Part shown: one piece after another, positions 52,745 through 63,278 of the stretch | Position numbering within the stretch: the first letter of the stretch is position 1 | How the letters are laid out: each line of letters begins with the position of its first letter | Source of the DNA: an uncultured Chloroflexia bacterium | GTDB taxonomy: Bacteria; Chloroflexota; UBA6077; JACCZL01 | Direction of reading: 5' to 3' | DNA: 64,000 nucleotides | Assembly (NCBI GenBank): GCA_963765765.1 | Contig: CAVXYC010000007.1 | Coordinates: 32,001-96,000, forward strand | Notes under the pieces: generated by a model | What the model was told of the DNA's origin: nothing | Seen by the model: the letters and a program-made list of their open reading frames with translations, nothing else | Databases searched by the model: none | Translations under genes and position numbers: made by a program

Positions 52745-53149
52745 ATGTCCAAACTTCGGCACATCGCGTATCGCGCGGATGACGTGGAAGCGATGGCCCA
52801 GTTCTTCGTGGGCGGGTTCGAGATGGAGATCGTCCAGCGTCGGACCAATGGCGCCATCGATCTATCCGATGGGACGATGAACGTCACCATCCTCCCGGCA
52901 GCTATGCCACGCGGGGATGGGCTCCCGTCGAATCGCGGCATCGACCATCTTGGCTTTGTGGTGGAAGACGAGGACGCGGCGCGTGAGCGTCTTGTGGCTG
53001 CGGGAGGACACGAAATGGCCACTGTGGACCTCGGCGGGGCTGCTCATTACGAAGTCAAATTCCAGGGCCCTGAGGGCATCGTTGTGGATTTCGGCCATTG
53101 GGTTGGCGCGGCACCCATCGAGGAGCCTGCCGGCAGCGTCTCTCGCTAA
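52745..53149 (+). CDS. VOC/glyoxalase-family protein
   Basis: KLRHIA, LSDG.MN, GIDHLGF, YEVKF.GPEG..VD. Confidence 0.85.
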   Translation: MSKLRHIAYRADDVEAMAQFFVGGFEMEIVQRRTNGAIDLSDGTMNVTILPAAMPRGDGLPSNRGIDHLGFVVEDEDAARERLVAAGGHEMATVDLGGAAHYEVKFQGPEGIVVDFGHWVGAAPIEEPAGSVSR

Positions 53150-53198
53150 CGTTACCGACCCCAATCCAGCATCACGTCAACCGGTATCGGAGATCATC

Positions 53199-54281
53199 AT
53201 GACGCTCACACGATCCGACTTCATCGCTTCCCGAGATCAGCTCGATGAGTTCTACCAAGAGCTGCAAGCTCTGAGTCTCGGTGCGCTGTGGGCCAGCGCG
53301 GACTTGTCCAAGCTTCAGCATGTCAAAAAGGTAGAGCCGAAGCCGAAAGCGGTGCCGCACGTCTGGCGTTGGGACGATGTTCTTCCGCGGGCGCTCAAAG
53401 CCGCGGAGCTGGTGGGGACCCAGCAGGCTGAGCGGCGAGTGCTGCAGCTCAGGAACCCGGGCATTACGGAGCGGTCGGCCACCACCAACACGCTCTTCGC
53501 CGGAATCCAGATTGTCATGCCGGGCGAGGTTGCTCGCGCGCACCGGCACTCACTGGCTGCGCTGCGGTTCATCATCTCGAGCGAGGGTGGATACACCAAC
53601 GTCGAGGGTGAGCCCATCCCAATGCGGCCGGGCGACCTCGTGCTCACACCGAACTGGACCTGGCACGATCATGCCAACGATACTTCCCAGCCGATGATCT
53701 GGATGGATGGTCTGGATGCGCCGCTGGTGATGATGATGGAGGCGGCGTTCCAGGAAGAGTATCCGGACGAGCGTCAACCGCTCTCACGCGACGCCGGTCA
53801 TTCACAAACACAGTTCGGCGCCGGTGGGCTGCGCCCGGCGGGTGCCCCGCCTGAGCGGCGTCACTCGCCACTCATGCACTTCCCATGGAGCGAGACGCGG
53901 CCGGCGCTGGAGCGTTTCGCCGCATCCACGGAAGCCAGCGTGCATGATGGCGCGATCATGCAGTACACGAACCCCATGGACGGCGGACCGGTGATGCCGA
54001 CGCTGGATTGCTACGTCCAGATGTTGCGGCCGGGTGAGCGCACCATGGCGCACCGCCACACGTCGAGCGCCATCTACCACGTGATCGAGGGGCAGGGGCG
54101 GTCAATTGTCGGTGGCCAGAGCCTGGAATGGACGGAGAGAGACATCTTCTGCGTGCCCAATTGGACGGAGCATGAGCACGAGAACACCTCCGCCACGGAA
54201 CCGGCATTCCTGTTCAGCTTCACCGACATCCCGGTGCTGCGAGCGATGGACTTGCTGCGCGAAGAATCAGTGGAGAGCTAA
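53199..54281 (+). CDS. Gentisate 1,2-dioxygenase-like bicupin
   Basis: ERRVL.L.NPG, PGEVARAHRH..ALRF, TPNWTWHDH, HRHTSS.IYHV.EG. Confidence 0.9.
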   Translation: MTLTRSDFIASRDQLDEFYQELQALSLGALWASADLSKLQHVKKVEPKPKAVPHVWRWDDVLPRALKAAELVGTQQAERRVLQLRNPGITERSATTNTLFAGIQIVMPGEVARAHRHSLAALRFIISSEGGYTNVEGEPIPMRPGDLVLTPNWTWHDHANDTSQPMIWMDGLDAPLVMMMEAAFQEEYPDERQPLSRDAGHSQTQFGAGGLRPAGAPPERRHSPLMHFPWSETRPALERFAASTEASVHDGAIMQYTNPMDGGPVMPTLDCYVQMLRPGERTMAHRHTSSAIYHVIEGQGRSIVGGQSLEWTERDIFCVPNWTEHEHENTSATEPAFLFSFTDIPVLRAMDLLREESVES

Positions 54282-54360
54282 CCGCGTCTTTCGCGTCGTT
54301 GTTCGGCGCGTCACCGTTTCGACCACCGAAGCTCAGCCAGGCGTTTGATATTCTCCCTCC

Positions 54361-55641
54361 GTGGAGAATCAACAGCGCCATATCGCCGTACTCGGCGCGG
54401 GCGCGCTTGGCCTGGCCGCGGCGCGCCGACTTACTCGGGCCGGTATCCGGGTCACGATGATCGAACGAGAATCATTGCCTGGTGGACTGGCGGCCGGGTT
54501 TCGAGTGGGTCCGTCCTGGTTGGAAAAGTTCTACCACCATATCTTTGGTACCGATACACGCATCATCGAGCTGATCGATGAGCTGGGTCTCGGCGGCGAT
54601 ATGCACTGGGGAAGCTCACCCACGTCCATGCTGCGTGATGGCCAGACCTATCCGCTCGATGGGCCGATCCCAGTTCTGAAATTCACGCCACTATCGATGC
54701 TATCGCGCCTTCGTCTTGGCGCAGGTATCGCGGCGCTCAAGCTGCTTCCAAATCCCAAAGCGTTCGAGCGCGAGACCGCGGCACATTGGATCCGTAAATG
54801 GATGGGTTCGCAGGTCTACGAAGTCGTCTGGGAGCCACTTCTTCGCGGAAAGTTCGGCGACTACGCGGAGACAGTATCGATGCCCTGGTTCTGGGCTCGC
54901 ATCTATTGTCGAACGCCAAAACTCGGCTATCTTCGCGGCGGTTTCCAGCGGCTGTACGAAGCGATGGCGGATGAGATTCGGTCCTCTGGATCGGAGATAC
55001 AGCTCGAGACGTCAGTCCGCTGCATCGAGCGAGCGGAGAACGGCGTCAGGGTGGAGACGGATCGCGGCGAGAACACCTATGACGCCGTGCTCTGCACCCT
55101 TCCGACACGGATGTTCATCCAGTTAAGCGAGGGCCTTCCGGATAGTTACCGATCCCGATATGAGTCCGCGATCGATCACTACTCCGCTCACTGTCTGGTT
55201 CTGGAGCTCGATCGGCAGCTTCAGTCGAGCTACTGGCTGAATATCAATGATCCGGGCTATCCGTTCCTGGCACTCGTCGAGCACACCAATATCATGCCGA
55301 CGGCTGATTACGGCGACTCGCACCTCATTTATCTTGGAAACTATCTGCCTCCAGATCACGAGCTGTTTTCGCTCTCGGGTGAAGAGATCTTCGATCGCTA
55401 CCTGCCGCACATCCAGCGCATCAACGCCAGTTTCGATCGCTCGTGGGTAAAGAACGTCCATTCATTCTCGGCGCACTACGCGCAGCCCATCGTACGCGTC
55501 GGATATCCGTCGCTCCTTGCTCCCCACCGCACGCCTCTGAAGGATGTGTGGCTGGCCAACATGGGACACGTGTATCCGCAGGACCGCGGACAGAATTATT
55601 CGCTGGCGCTGGGCGAGCGTGTTGCCGGGATGATGCTGTAG
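54361..55641 (+). CDS. FAD-dependent oxidoreductase (amine oxidase/protoporphyrinogen oxidase-like)
   Basis: GAGALGLAAA, GGLA, LEKFYHH, YPQDRG.N. Confidence 0.88.
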   Translation: MENQQRHIAVLGAGALGLAAARRLTRAGIRVTMIERESLPGGLAAGFRVGPSWLEKFYHHIFGTDTRIIELIDELGLGGDMHWGSSPTSMLRDGQTYPLDGPIPVLKFTPLSMLSRLRLGAGIAALKLLPNPKAFERETAAHWIRKWMGSQVYEVVWEPLLRGKFGDYAETVSMPWFWARIYCRTPKLGYLRGGFQRLYEAMADEIRSSGSEIQLETSVRCIERAENGVRVETDRGENTYDAVLCTLPTRMFIQLSEGLPDSYRSRYESAIDHYSAHCLVLELDRQLQSSYWLNINDPGYPFLALVEHTNIMPTADYGDSHLIYLGNYLPPDHELFSLSGEEIFDRYLPHIQRINASFDRSWVKNVHSFSAHYAQPIVRVGYPSLLAPHRTPLKDVWLANMGHVYPQDRGQNYSLALGERVAGMML

Positions 55642-55688
55642 GGCGGCGGGTGCGGCCCAGGTTGGTTCCTCCAGCGATCACGTCGCCG

Positions 55689-55722
55689 GAGGAACCGCAC
55701 CCTTACGGCATGCGGCTCTGCT
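55689..55722. repeat. REP-like unit (GAGGAACCGC family)
   Basis: GAGGAACCGCACCCTTACGGCATGCGGCTCTGCT. Confidence 0.7.
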
Positions 55723-55734
55723 GGTGGCTAGCCG

Positions 55735-55941
55735 CTACGCGGTGGCTGACACTGTTGATTCGAAACCGCATGTGCGGTGCGTCGCATCGCAGAATGGCTT
55801 CTTGCTGCTCTGACCACAGCGACAGAGCACTATACGCTCCGACTCAAGCTTAAACTCGTTTCCTTCAGCGTCCAGCAGTGTGATCGGTCCCTCAATAATC
55901 AGTGGACCATTGGGCCTGACGTTCACTTTTACGTCCGCCAT
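55735..55941 (-). CDS. CDGSH iron-sulfur domain protein
   Basis: NGPL..G...LCRCGQSSKKPFCDATH. Confidence 0.9.
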   Translation of the reverse strand: MADVKVNVRPNGPLIIEGPITLLDAEGNEFKLESERIVLCRCGQSSKKPFCDATHRTCGFESTVSATA

Positions 55942-56144
55942 CGATTGTGCCTCCAGAGCAATTTACCGGTGCGCGGGAAGCCGCGGGCGGCCGAAACGCG
56001 CATCGCGCTATTCTACCGGTATGTCGGCCGGCCAGATGACTATCAGTGCCGCGAGCCCGACCGCTGGACGAGATCCCGGGCAAGGCCGTACCCTTGGCAA
56101 GCCCCACTCTGGCCAGACATTCCCCGACCAAGGACCACTTCGCT

Positions 56145-57420
56145 GTCTGTAAGCCCTGCTCGTCCGCCGCTGCGTGTGCCCTTTTTCTATGGTTGGGTCA
56201 TTGTCGCGGTCTGCTTCGTGTCGGCATGCTTGTCCGGCGCTACTTCTCAGCTCTTCATGGCCGTCATGGTGGTACCCATGTCCGAGGAGATGGGTTGGAC
56301 CCGCACGGAGGCTTCCTTTGCGCTAACACTGGGCGTGCTGGTGACCGCGATCCTTTCGCCGCTGTTGGGTCGACTCGCGGATCGGCACGGGCCGCGAGTT
56401 CTGCTCCCGATCGCCTCGGTGGTTGTCGCGGCCGGCTTCCTGGGTCTGGCAATGCTGCAGAACCTCTGGCAGTACTACGCCAGCTACGCCATCGGCCGTG
56501 GCGTATCCCAAGCTTCGCTCAGCGGCGTCGTCTCCAACACGGCCGTCACCAACTGGTTCCGCCGCTATCGTGGCCGGGCAGTGGGTATTTACGGCATCGC
56601 ATTCCCAGTCTCCAACACATTCATGGTGCCGCTGGCTCAGCTCGTCATGCTCGGCTATGGCTGGCGTGCCGTGTTCGTCGGCATGAGCGTGCTCACCGTC
56701 CTCCTGGTGATACCAACCTTCTGGCTCTTGAGGAAGCGACCGGAGGACGTTGGGCTCCTTCCGGACGGCGAGCCACCCCGAGCAGACCAATCCACCACAC
56801 CCCAACATTTCTCCTCGGACCACGATTTCACCCTGCATGAAGCCATGCATACGAGGACGTTCTGGTTCCTTGTCGTGGGACAGTTCATCGCCGTGCTCAT
56901 CAGCGGCTCAGCTTCATTTCACCTGTTCCAGCACTATGCCGACGCGGGCATCTCGGCGGCGATGATCGGGTTCGCCATCGGAGGCTACGCGCTCAGCAAC
57001 GGTCTCTCCATGGGGCTCTGGGGCGCCCTGGCAGATCGTATCTCGGAGCGCATCCTTGGCATGGTCTCCTCCCTGATAGGTGGTCTCATCATCCTTGCGG
57101 TCATGTTCAACACCAATGAGCTGGTGGCTCTCCTGCTTGCGGCTTCGTACGGTTTAGCCGTGCGAGGCGAAGGGGCGGTGTACTACCTGATCATCGCCCG
57201 CTACTTCGGACGAGGCTCGTTTGGTACGATCAGCGGCACGCTGCTTCCCATCGGCTATGTTGGACTGGGAATTGGTCCACCGCTGGGATCGCTGATGCAC
57301 GACGCAACTGGCTCGTATGCCACCTTCCTGGGATCGCTGGTGGTGTGCCACGTGCTTGGCACACTGGCGCTGTTCTTCGCCCGTGCGCCCAAGTTGCCGG
57401 CGCGAATGCTCGTAGCGTGA
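56145..57420 (+). CDS. MFS transporter (OFA-like); start approximate
   Basis: FFYGWVIV, GRLADRHGPR, NWFRRYRGRA, PEDVGL.PDG. Confidence 0.88.
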
Positions 57421-57514
57421 TGTCCTTATGCGCTGCAAAGGTTCAAAGGATCTGGTTGCTCGGATTTCGGGCGGTTACTATCCTTAGCACTCTTCCGATG
57501 ATCAGGAACCACTT

Positions 57515-58303
57515 GTGAAAGACGCGCGGCAGTCGCTGGAGTGGCTGCGTACACCACTGAATTCCGTTCTAGGCATGATTCAGCATCGATGGGTTCGCGC
57601 GTTGTTGCACCCCAGCGAGCTGGATGCGGCCGGCCGATTCGAGCGCACTGTCAATCGAATCAAATATGGAATGCCGGATCGCTACGGCCATCTAAGCCAG
57701 ACGATCAAGCGTCGTCGTGCGCGTCGCCTCCTGGAAATTGGCGTATGGGACGCCGTGCACAGCACCTGGATGATCGAGGCGGCGCTCAAGCAGCACCGAC
57801 CTGGAGAGATCGCCTATTTCGGATTCGATCTCTTTGAGCATGCGGATGAAAGCACAATTGACCGCGAGATCTCGAAGGCCGCGCCAAGCCTGCAGCACGT
57901 CCGATCCGTGCTGCAGCGATTCGTGGATCAGGGTGTCACGGTCCACCTCTTTAGGGGCGACAGCACGGTGATTCTTCCCAAGCTTGCACCCGTGCTTCCG
58001 CGAATGGACTTTGTGTTCATTGACGGCGGCCACTCTGAGGAGACAGTGCGGAGCGATTGGACATCGGTCGCTCAATGCATCGGCCCCGAGTCAGTAGTCA
58101 TTTTCGATGACTACGTGGATCCACGTTCAGCGATAGAAAGCGGCGTCGGCGTCAACACTGTGGTCAACGGTCTGGACCCGAGTCAATACAAACGTCGCCT
58201 GCTCCAACCCCGCGATAAATTTCCGAAGCCGTGGGGGACCCTCCGCATCGCGTTCGCCGAGATCCGGCAGCGGACCTCGGCGGCGATGCATCCCGCGTCC
58301 TGA
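57515..58303 (+). CDS. Class I SAM-dependent methyltransferase (Methyltransf_24-like)
   Basis: LLEIGV, YFGFDLF, GDS, DFVFIDGGH, FDDY. Confidence 0.85.
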   Translation: MKDARQSLEWLRTPLNSVLGMIQHRWVRALLHPSELDAAGRFERTVNRIKYGMPDRYGHLSQTIKRRRARRLLEIGVWDAVHSTWMIEAALKQHRPGEIAYFGFDLFEHADESTIDREISKAAPSLQHVRSVLQRFVDQGVTVHLFRGDSTVILPKLAPVLPRMDFVFIDGGHSEETVRSDWTSVAQCIGPESVVIFDDYVDPRSAIESGVGVNTVVNGLDPSQYKRRLLQPRDKFPKPWGTLRIAFAEIRQRTSAAMHPAS

Positions 58304-58415
58304 GCAGAAAGCCCTTTCGTCCATAGCAGCGGCTCAAATGCGGTTGTGCCGGAATTGATACCGCCTGGGCCTTGCTCACAATCGCTGCTGAGGCGTAAGA
58401 TGCGCCCGACGTGAA

Positions 58416-58446
58416 ATATTAAGAATACTCAGGAAATTCTTAATAT
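58416..58446. promoter_or_regulatory. Perfect AT-rich palindrome, candidate operator
   Basis: ATATTAAGAAT-N9-ATTCTTAATAT ending 33 bp before the GT87 start. Confidence 0.65.
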
Positions 58447-58479
58447 AGGCCCGTCGCCGTCTCATTCTGTCACTGCATC

Positions 58480-60066
58480 ATGGACCGTTTGCGCGACCGA
58501 TCTTCAACGTTCCGGCTGGTACTCGCGCTCGTCGTAGGCCCATGGCTCTGCCTGGCCTTCAAATCGCCCGCGCTGTACTGGACGGGTGAGCCGCTGCCAT
58601 TCGCGCGCATACGCGAGTCAGCCTGGCGCATCGGGTTCTTGAGCGACACGATGTTTCTCTTCAGTTTGTTGATCATTGGCTACATCCTGCTTGTCTGGCT
58701 GGTCGAGTCAGGCCATGATGATCTGCCCGTCTCCCTCGTCATTGCTGTCTCAGGGCTCACCGGCCTGGCCGCGATGTTCACGTATGCCATGTTCGCGGAG
58801 GACGTGAATTTTCTTCTCGGAAATCTCTGGACGTTCTCGATCGCGGGGGAGAATCCCTACGAAACGAGCATTGCCGAGATCCCCAACAACCCATTCCGCG
58901 CGTTCACCACCTGGTCGACGCTCGAGTTTCTTTACGGCCCAGCGGTACTCCTGCCGGGGTCCTTGCTTATACATCTCACCGGATTCAGCGTGCTGAATGG
59001 CGTATTCGCTATGAAAATCACCATGCTGTTGGTCTTCTGGCTGGCGGGCGCCACGGTGTATCTCATCGGCCGAGACCTTCGATTCCGTAAGCCCGTGGGA
59101 CTGGCCGCGCTGCTGCTCTGGAATCCGCTCATCCTGGCGGAGAGTGTGATGACGCCCCATCTCGACCTCGCCATGGCCGCTCTTGTGCTCCTTGGCGCAC
59201 TTGCCTGGATGCATCGACGCGAAGCTACCGCCATGCTCTTACTGGGCCTTTCCGTGGGCGTAAAGCTCGTGACCGCGCTGATCATTCCGATCGCACTCCT
59301 GGGAATTGCGCTCAGCTTGCGACAGCGTCGCTGGAAGGGCGCACGATCCACCACGGTGATACTCGTCATTCTAGGCGTGTTGACGGCGGCGCTCTGGCCC
59401 GACGTTTGGGAACCATTGCTCGAGAACGGCGTTCGGAAGGAGCTTGACTTCGACACGGTTGGCGCTCTCCTGCCTCCCCTGGTCGCAACAATCCAGGCAT
59501 TTGGTCCTGGCTGGGTCCATCCCGACGAGGACCCCTGGGAGGTGGCGCAAATTTGGAGATGGTCTATCTTCATTCCGTTCTGGATCGCGGCCGTCGCATG
59601 CTCCGGCTGGATCGCCTGGCGCATGAGCCATCGACTTCCCGCGGCGCTCTTCCTTCCGCTGGCCACGGTTTTGCTGGGATACCACATGCTTTTCACCATG
59701 GTAGTTCTGCCGTGGCATTTCATCACTGCGATCTGCCTGAGCCTGGCCTCAGGGACCCGCGTGGGCCGCTTCTCGGCAGCGATGATCACCGTGAGCGGCC
59801 TTCTCTACCACTTGAACGACCGCTGGGTCTGGTTCGTCTTTGAGGATCAGTACGTGGCCAGAACTCTGGTGATGGTCACCACGCTGCTCACCGGGCCGGC
59901 ATTGGCGTTGTGCTTGATGTTGGCGCATACCTGGGTTCAGGCGCGGTCCGCCGGACGCCATCATGGAAGGTGGAGGTCAGAAAAGGAAGTGGTCCCACAA
60001 GGCCATGGGAAATTACGCATTGAAGCGCCCGTCTTGAGCGTCGGCGTGCTCGCGGCTAGTGATTGA
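58480..60066 (+). CDS. GT-C glycosyltransferase (GT87/MptB-like)
   Basis: GENPY, YGP, WNPL...E...H.D, VK; polytopic. Confidence 0.75.
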   Translation: MDRLRDRSSTFRLVLALVVGPWLCLAFKSPALYWTGEPLPFARIRESAWRIGFLSDTMFLFSLLIIGYILLVWLVESGHDDLPVSLVIAVSGLTGLAAMFTYAMFAEDVNFLLGNLWTFSIAGENPYETSIAEIPNNPFRAFTTWSTLEFLYGPAVLLPGSLLIHLTGFSVLNGVFAMKITMLLVFWLAGATVYLIGRDLRFRKPVGLAALLLWNPLILAESVMTPHLDLAMAALVLLGALAWMHRREATAMLLLGLSVGVKLVTALIIPIALLGIALSLRQRRWKGARSTTVILVILGVLTAALWPDVWEPLLENGVRKELDFDTVGALLPPLVATIQAFGPGWVHPDEDPWEVAQIWRWSIFIPFWIAAVACSGWIAWRMSHRLPAALFLPLATVLLGYHMLFTMVVLPWHFITAICLSLASGTRVGRFSAAMITVSGLLYHLNDRWVWFVFEDQYVARTLVMVTTLLTGPALALCLMLAHTWVQARSAGRHHGRWRSEKEVVPQGHGKLRIEAPVLSVGVLAASD

Positions 60067-60104
60067 ATTGTTGGTGAACGGAATCGTCGGCATCGGAGGC
60101 AGTC

Positions 60105-60587
60105 ATGAAGACATCACTGATCGGGGCGCTTGGCGCCGGCATTGCGATACTCGGCCTTGTGACGAGTGCCGGGGCACAAGAAGGCTGTGGCGGTGCTGCC
60201 GAAGGCGTGGATCTCGCCGTGCAGAGCGCACGCCTGCGACAGCGCGATGAGGGCTGGGTCGTTCTATACACGGTAAGCAACCGTGGGCGAATGACGAGCA
60301 CTTCGTACAACGTGTCTTTGACGATCGATGGGGCTGAGCTCAGCACTGAGGACGAGTATCTCATTGGGTTGGAGCCCGGTCACCGGCGCCGCTGGGAGCT
60401 ACCACTTCCGGAGGAGGCGCCATCACCAGACGGACATGACCTAGTGGTGCACATCTCTACTGCGACGAAAGACTCCGCCGCGGGGCCCAGCTATATCGAC
60501 CAGTGCGCACTCAACGATGAGCTTCCCGTGCCCATGCCCGCTCCAAGACGAACGATCTCCGAGGATTCCACCACGGATGAGTCCTGA
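60105..60587 (+). CDS. Secreted CARDB/Ig-like protein
   Basis: Signal peptide; DLAV...V.NRG.....YNV.L.IDG....GLEPG. Confidence 0.6.
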   Translation: MKTSLIGALGAGIAILGLVTSAGAQEGCGGAAEGVDLAVQSARLRQRDEGWVVLYTVSNRGRMTSTSYNVSLTIDGAELSTEDEYLIGLEPGHRRRWELPLPEEAPSPDGHDLVVHISTATKDSAAGPSYIDQCALNDELPVPMPAPRRTISEDSTTDES

Positions 60588-61728
60588 CCATCGCTCGGAC
60601 AGGGCACGACTTGCGCATCTCCCTCGGTGCGCCTTTCAGAAAGCTTCGCGGCTGATGACCACGGCCGTGCTTGGTGCATTCCTCATGGTTCCCCAAAGCG
60701 CTCACGCGGATGCGTGTGGCTCCGCATCACCCTGGCCGCCGCCATTCGCGTTTCCGAATCTCGACCAGACTGAACCATCTGGACGTGTCGCACCAAGCGA
60801 AGTCAGGGTTGCACCAGAGGCTGCGGGTTTCACCTACCGCGTTAACGGTCAGGCAGAGACGGTGCACGGGATGGGTTACAACCCGCGGCTGGCCTCCCTA
60901 CCTCTGAATGAGCGTCGAGCCGTGCTCGAGCGCGATTTTGCAGCCATGCGAAGTATTGGCGTCAACACGGTGTTCGGCTGGGACCCGGCCGAGTTCGATG
61001 GATTGCTCCTTGACGTCGCTGACGATTATGGACTGGGCGTGGCGGTGCCGTATGACATCGACTTCACGGCTAACCTGAGTGACCCCTCTGCGCAAGCCAC
61101 GGCGCGGTCGCATGTCCTCTCACTTGTGGAGCGCTACCGTCAGCATCCGGCGCTTCGCATGTGGGCCGTGGGCAACGAGGTGCTTCAGCGAACCGTGCCG
61201 CCCTTCTGGTGCTCGCCAGAGTCGTTCGATGATGCCAGCGTCGCGCGGGCGCGCTCGCTGGCCAGATTTGTCGTCGAGCTCACTGATGCCGTACACGAGT
61301 TGGACCCGTTCCATCCCGTGCTCTACCGAGAATCGGAAGATGCCTACACTTCCTGGCTCACTGAAGCCTGGGCTGAGACGCCGACTGCTCGTCCCTGGCT
61401 TATCTACGGCGTCAATGCGTACACGGCCAGACTCGGGGAGATCATTGACAGTCTTCCCAGTCGTGGAATCGACGGTGCCGTGCTTGTCTCGGAATTCGCG
61501 CCCTGGGAAGGTGAGCGGGGTGCCAGGTCTCTGGGATTACGGGAGCTTTGGGCTCAGATCCAATCGCGTGAGCGAGGAGTCATCGGCGCTGCGGTCTACG
61601 TTTGGTACGCCGAAGGTCCTGAAGTCATCGACCAGCGCTTTGGCCTAGTAGATGCGGGTGCAAGGCCGGTAGATGACGCGGTTGAAACGATCGCGCAGCT
61701 CTTCGGAGGCGAGGGGGTCGGGAGATGA
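60577..61728 (+). CDS. Clan GH-A glycoside hydrolase (GH2/GH5-like TIM barrel)
   Basis: GMGYNP, IGVNT, HPALRMWAVGNE, VSEF. Confidence 0.75.
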   Translation: MSPDHRSDRARLAHLPRCAFQKASRLMTTAVLGAFLMVPQSAHADACGSASPWPPPFAFPNLDQTEPSGRVAPSEVRVAPEAAGFTYRVNGQAETVHGMGYNPRLASLPLNERRAVLERDFAAMRSIGVNTVFGWDPAEFDGLLLDVADDYGLGVAVPYDIDFTANLSDPSAQATARSHVLSLVERYRQHPALRMWAVGNEVLQRTVPPFWCSPESFDDASVARARSLARFVVELTDAVHELDPFHPVLYRESEDAYTSWLTEAWAETPTARPWLIYGVNAYTARLGEIIDSLPSRGIDGAVLVSEFAPWEGERGARSLGLRELWAQIQSRERGVIGAAVYVWYAEGPEVIDQRFGLVDAGARPVDDAVETIAQLFGGEGVGR

Positions 61729-63257
61729 GCGTACGTCTGCATTCCGTGCGGTCCGCCCTGGCCGTACTTTTGACGATCTGCCTGCTTGCATCGCCAGATC
61801 AGGGCTCCGCGCAGTTCTTTCCCGATGCCGAGCCGACCAATAGTCAGATTACTTTTGGATGCGATCCAGGTCCGGTCGAGCCATTGGAGCATGCCGATCC
61901 CCCCGTGCCGCCCAGGCGAAGTGTGGCGGTCGATCTTCCGCCCACTCCGATGAGGCTCACCGTCCCGAGCGGCTCTTCCGCTCGTACGATTGCCGGAACT
62001 GGGTTCAACTTGGAGCATACCCTCTGGAGCTGCAGGCAATTTCGCCGCATCATGGGAGCCTGGTTACTCCAGCCCTTCGAACCAGAAGTGGCTCGAGTGG
62101 ACACTGGGCAGCTTCCACTGGCGCCTGAAGACTTAAGTGCCGATCAGCTCAACTGGCAGATCTATCAGTCGATCATGGACGACCCAAAGTATCAGCCGAG
62201 CTGGGAGATGCTTCGGCGGCTGAACAGCGAAAACGTTCGGCTTATGCTCGGAGTCTGGGGCGCACCCGGTGCGTTCACCGACGACGGCACCCGCCGTGGA
62301 CGGCTCTTGCCTGAGTACGTGGAGCAGTACGCTGAGTACTACGAGGCGGTGGTTGACTATCTGGTGAACCGCCAGTCTATACAGGTCTGGTCGGCTACGG
62401 TCATGAACGAGCCCGACGGAGGCGACGGTACCTTGATCGACCCCGACCTCTTCATGGAGGTCGCGGCGGAGCTGGGCCCACGCCTTGCGCGATACGGCGT
62501 GGGACTCTATGGGCCCGATACGGCATCAGCAACCAACGCCATGCCATACGTGGATCTGCTGCTCAATGAGCCGTCAACGGCAGCCTACTTCAACGCGATC
62601 GGAACGCACGAATACTTCTCAGAGCACGGCCTCTCAGATCTTGTCAGCCTGCTCCGATCGAGTGGCTCATCATTGCCCGTCTACGTCACCGAGTACACCA
62701 GCTTCATGTTTGGCGCGATGGACCGGGGGCAAGAAGCCTCTGATGAAGTGGGACACTTATTGGACAGTCTGAGCACCTACATTTCTGTCATGAATGCCGG
62801 TGCCGATGCCGCGCTCTACTGGGATGCCGTGGACTACTACCAGGCGGGACACGCCGCCATCACCCGGTGGGGGCTCCTGGAAGGCCCAGACTCCGGCTTT
62901 GAACCGCGCAAGCGCTACTTTGGATTCCGTCAGGTGCTGCCGTATCTCCAGGCCGGAGCGCGCCTCTTGCCGCTACGTCTTACTGGCGGCCACCCGGCAT
63001 CGGCAATGGCGGTCTTGAATCGGGACGAGTCCATTGATGACATCATGATCGCGCTGGTGAATCGCGGCGGACCAGTCACGCTGGATGTGCAATTCGAGGC
63101 AACCGCTCCGCAAACCATGGATGTGTACGTGACCGACGAGGATCGCGACGACGAGCGCATCGGTCGGGTGCTCACGCGCGGTTCGGTGGCCTCCGTGTAC
63201 CTGCCCGCGGAGTCTCTTGTCACGCTTGTGACGGGGCCCGCCCCGCTGGAGGATTGA
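61725..63257 (+). CDS. Clan GH-A glycoside hydrolase (GH30-like) with C-terminal beta-sandwich
   Basis: Signal peptide, MNEPD, GPD, THEY, VTEY, LPAESLVT. Confidence 0.75.
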   Translation: MSVRLHSVRSALAVLLTICLLASPDQGSAQFFPDAEPTNSQITFGCDPGPVEPLEHADPPVPPRRSVAVDLPPTPMRLTVPSGSSARTIAGTGFNLEHTLWSCRQFRRIMGAWLLQPFEPEVARVDTGQLPLAPEDLSADQLNWQIYQSIMDDPKYQPSWEMLRRLNSENVRLMLGVWGAPGAFTDDGTRRGRLLPEYVEQYAEYYEAVVDYLVNRQSIQVWSATVMNEPDGGDGTLIDPDLFMEVAAELGPRLARYGVGLYGPDTASATNAMPYVDLLLNEPSTAAYFNAIGTHEYFSEHGLSDLVSLLRSSGSSLPVYVTEYTSFMFGAMDRGQEASDEVGHLLDSLSTYISVMNAGADAALYWDAVDYYQAGHAAITRWGLLEGPDSGFEPRKRYFGFRQVLPYLQAGARLLPLRLTGGHPASAMAVLNRDESIDDIMIALVNRGGPVTLDVQFEATAPQTMDVYVTDEDRDDERIGRVLTRGSVASVYLPAESLVTLVTGPAPLED

Positions 63258-63278
63258 CCTCAGACAAGGTGGGGCTTG

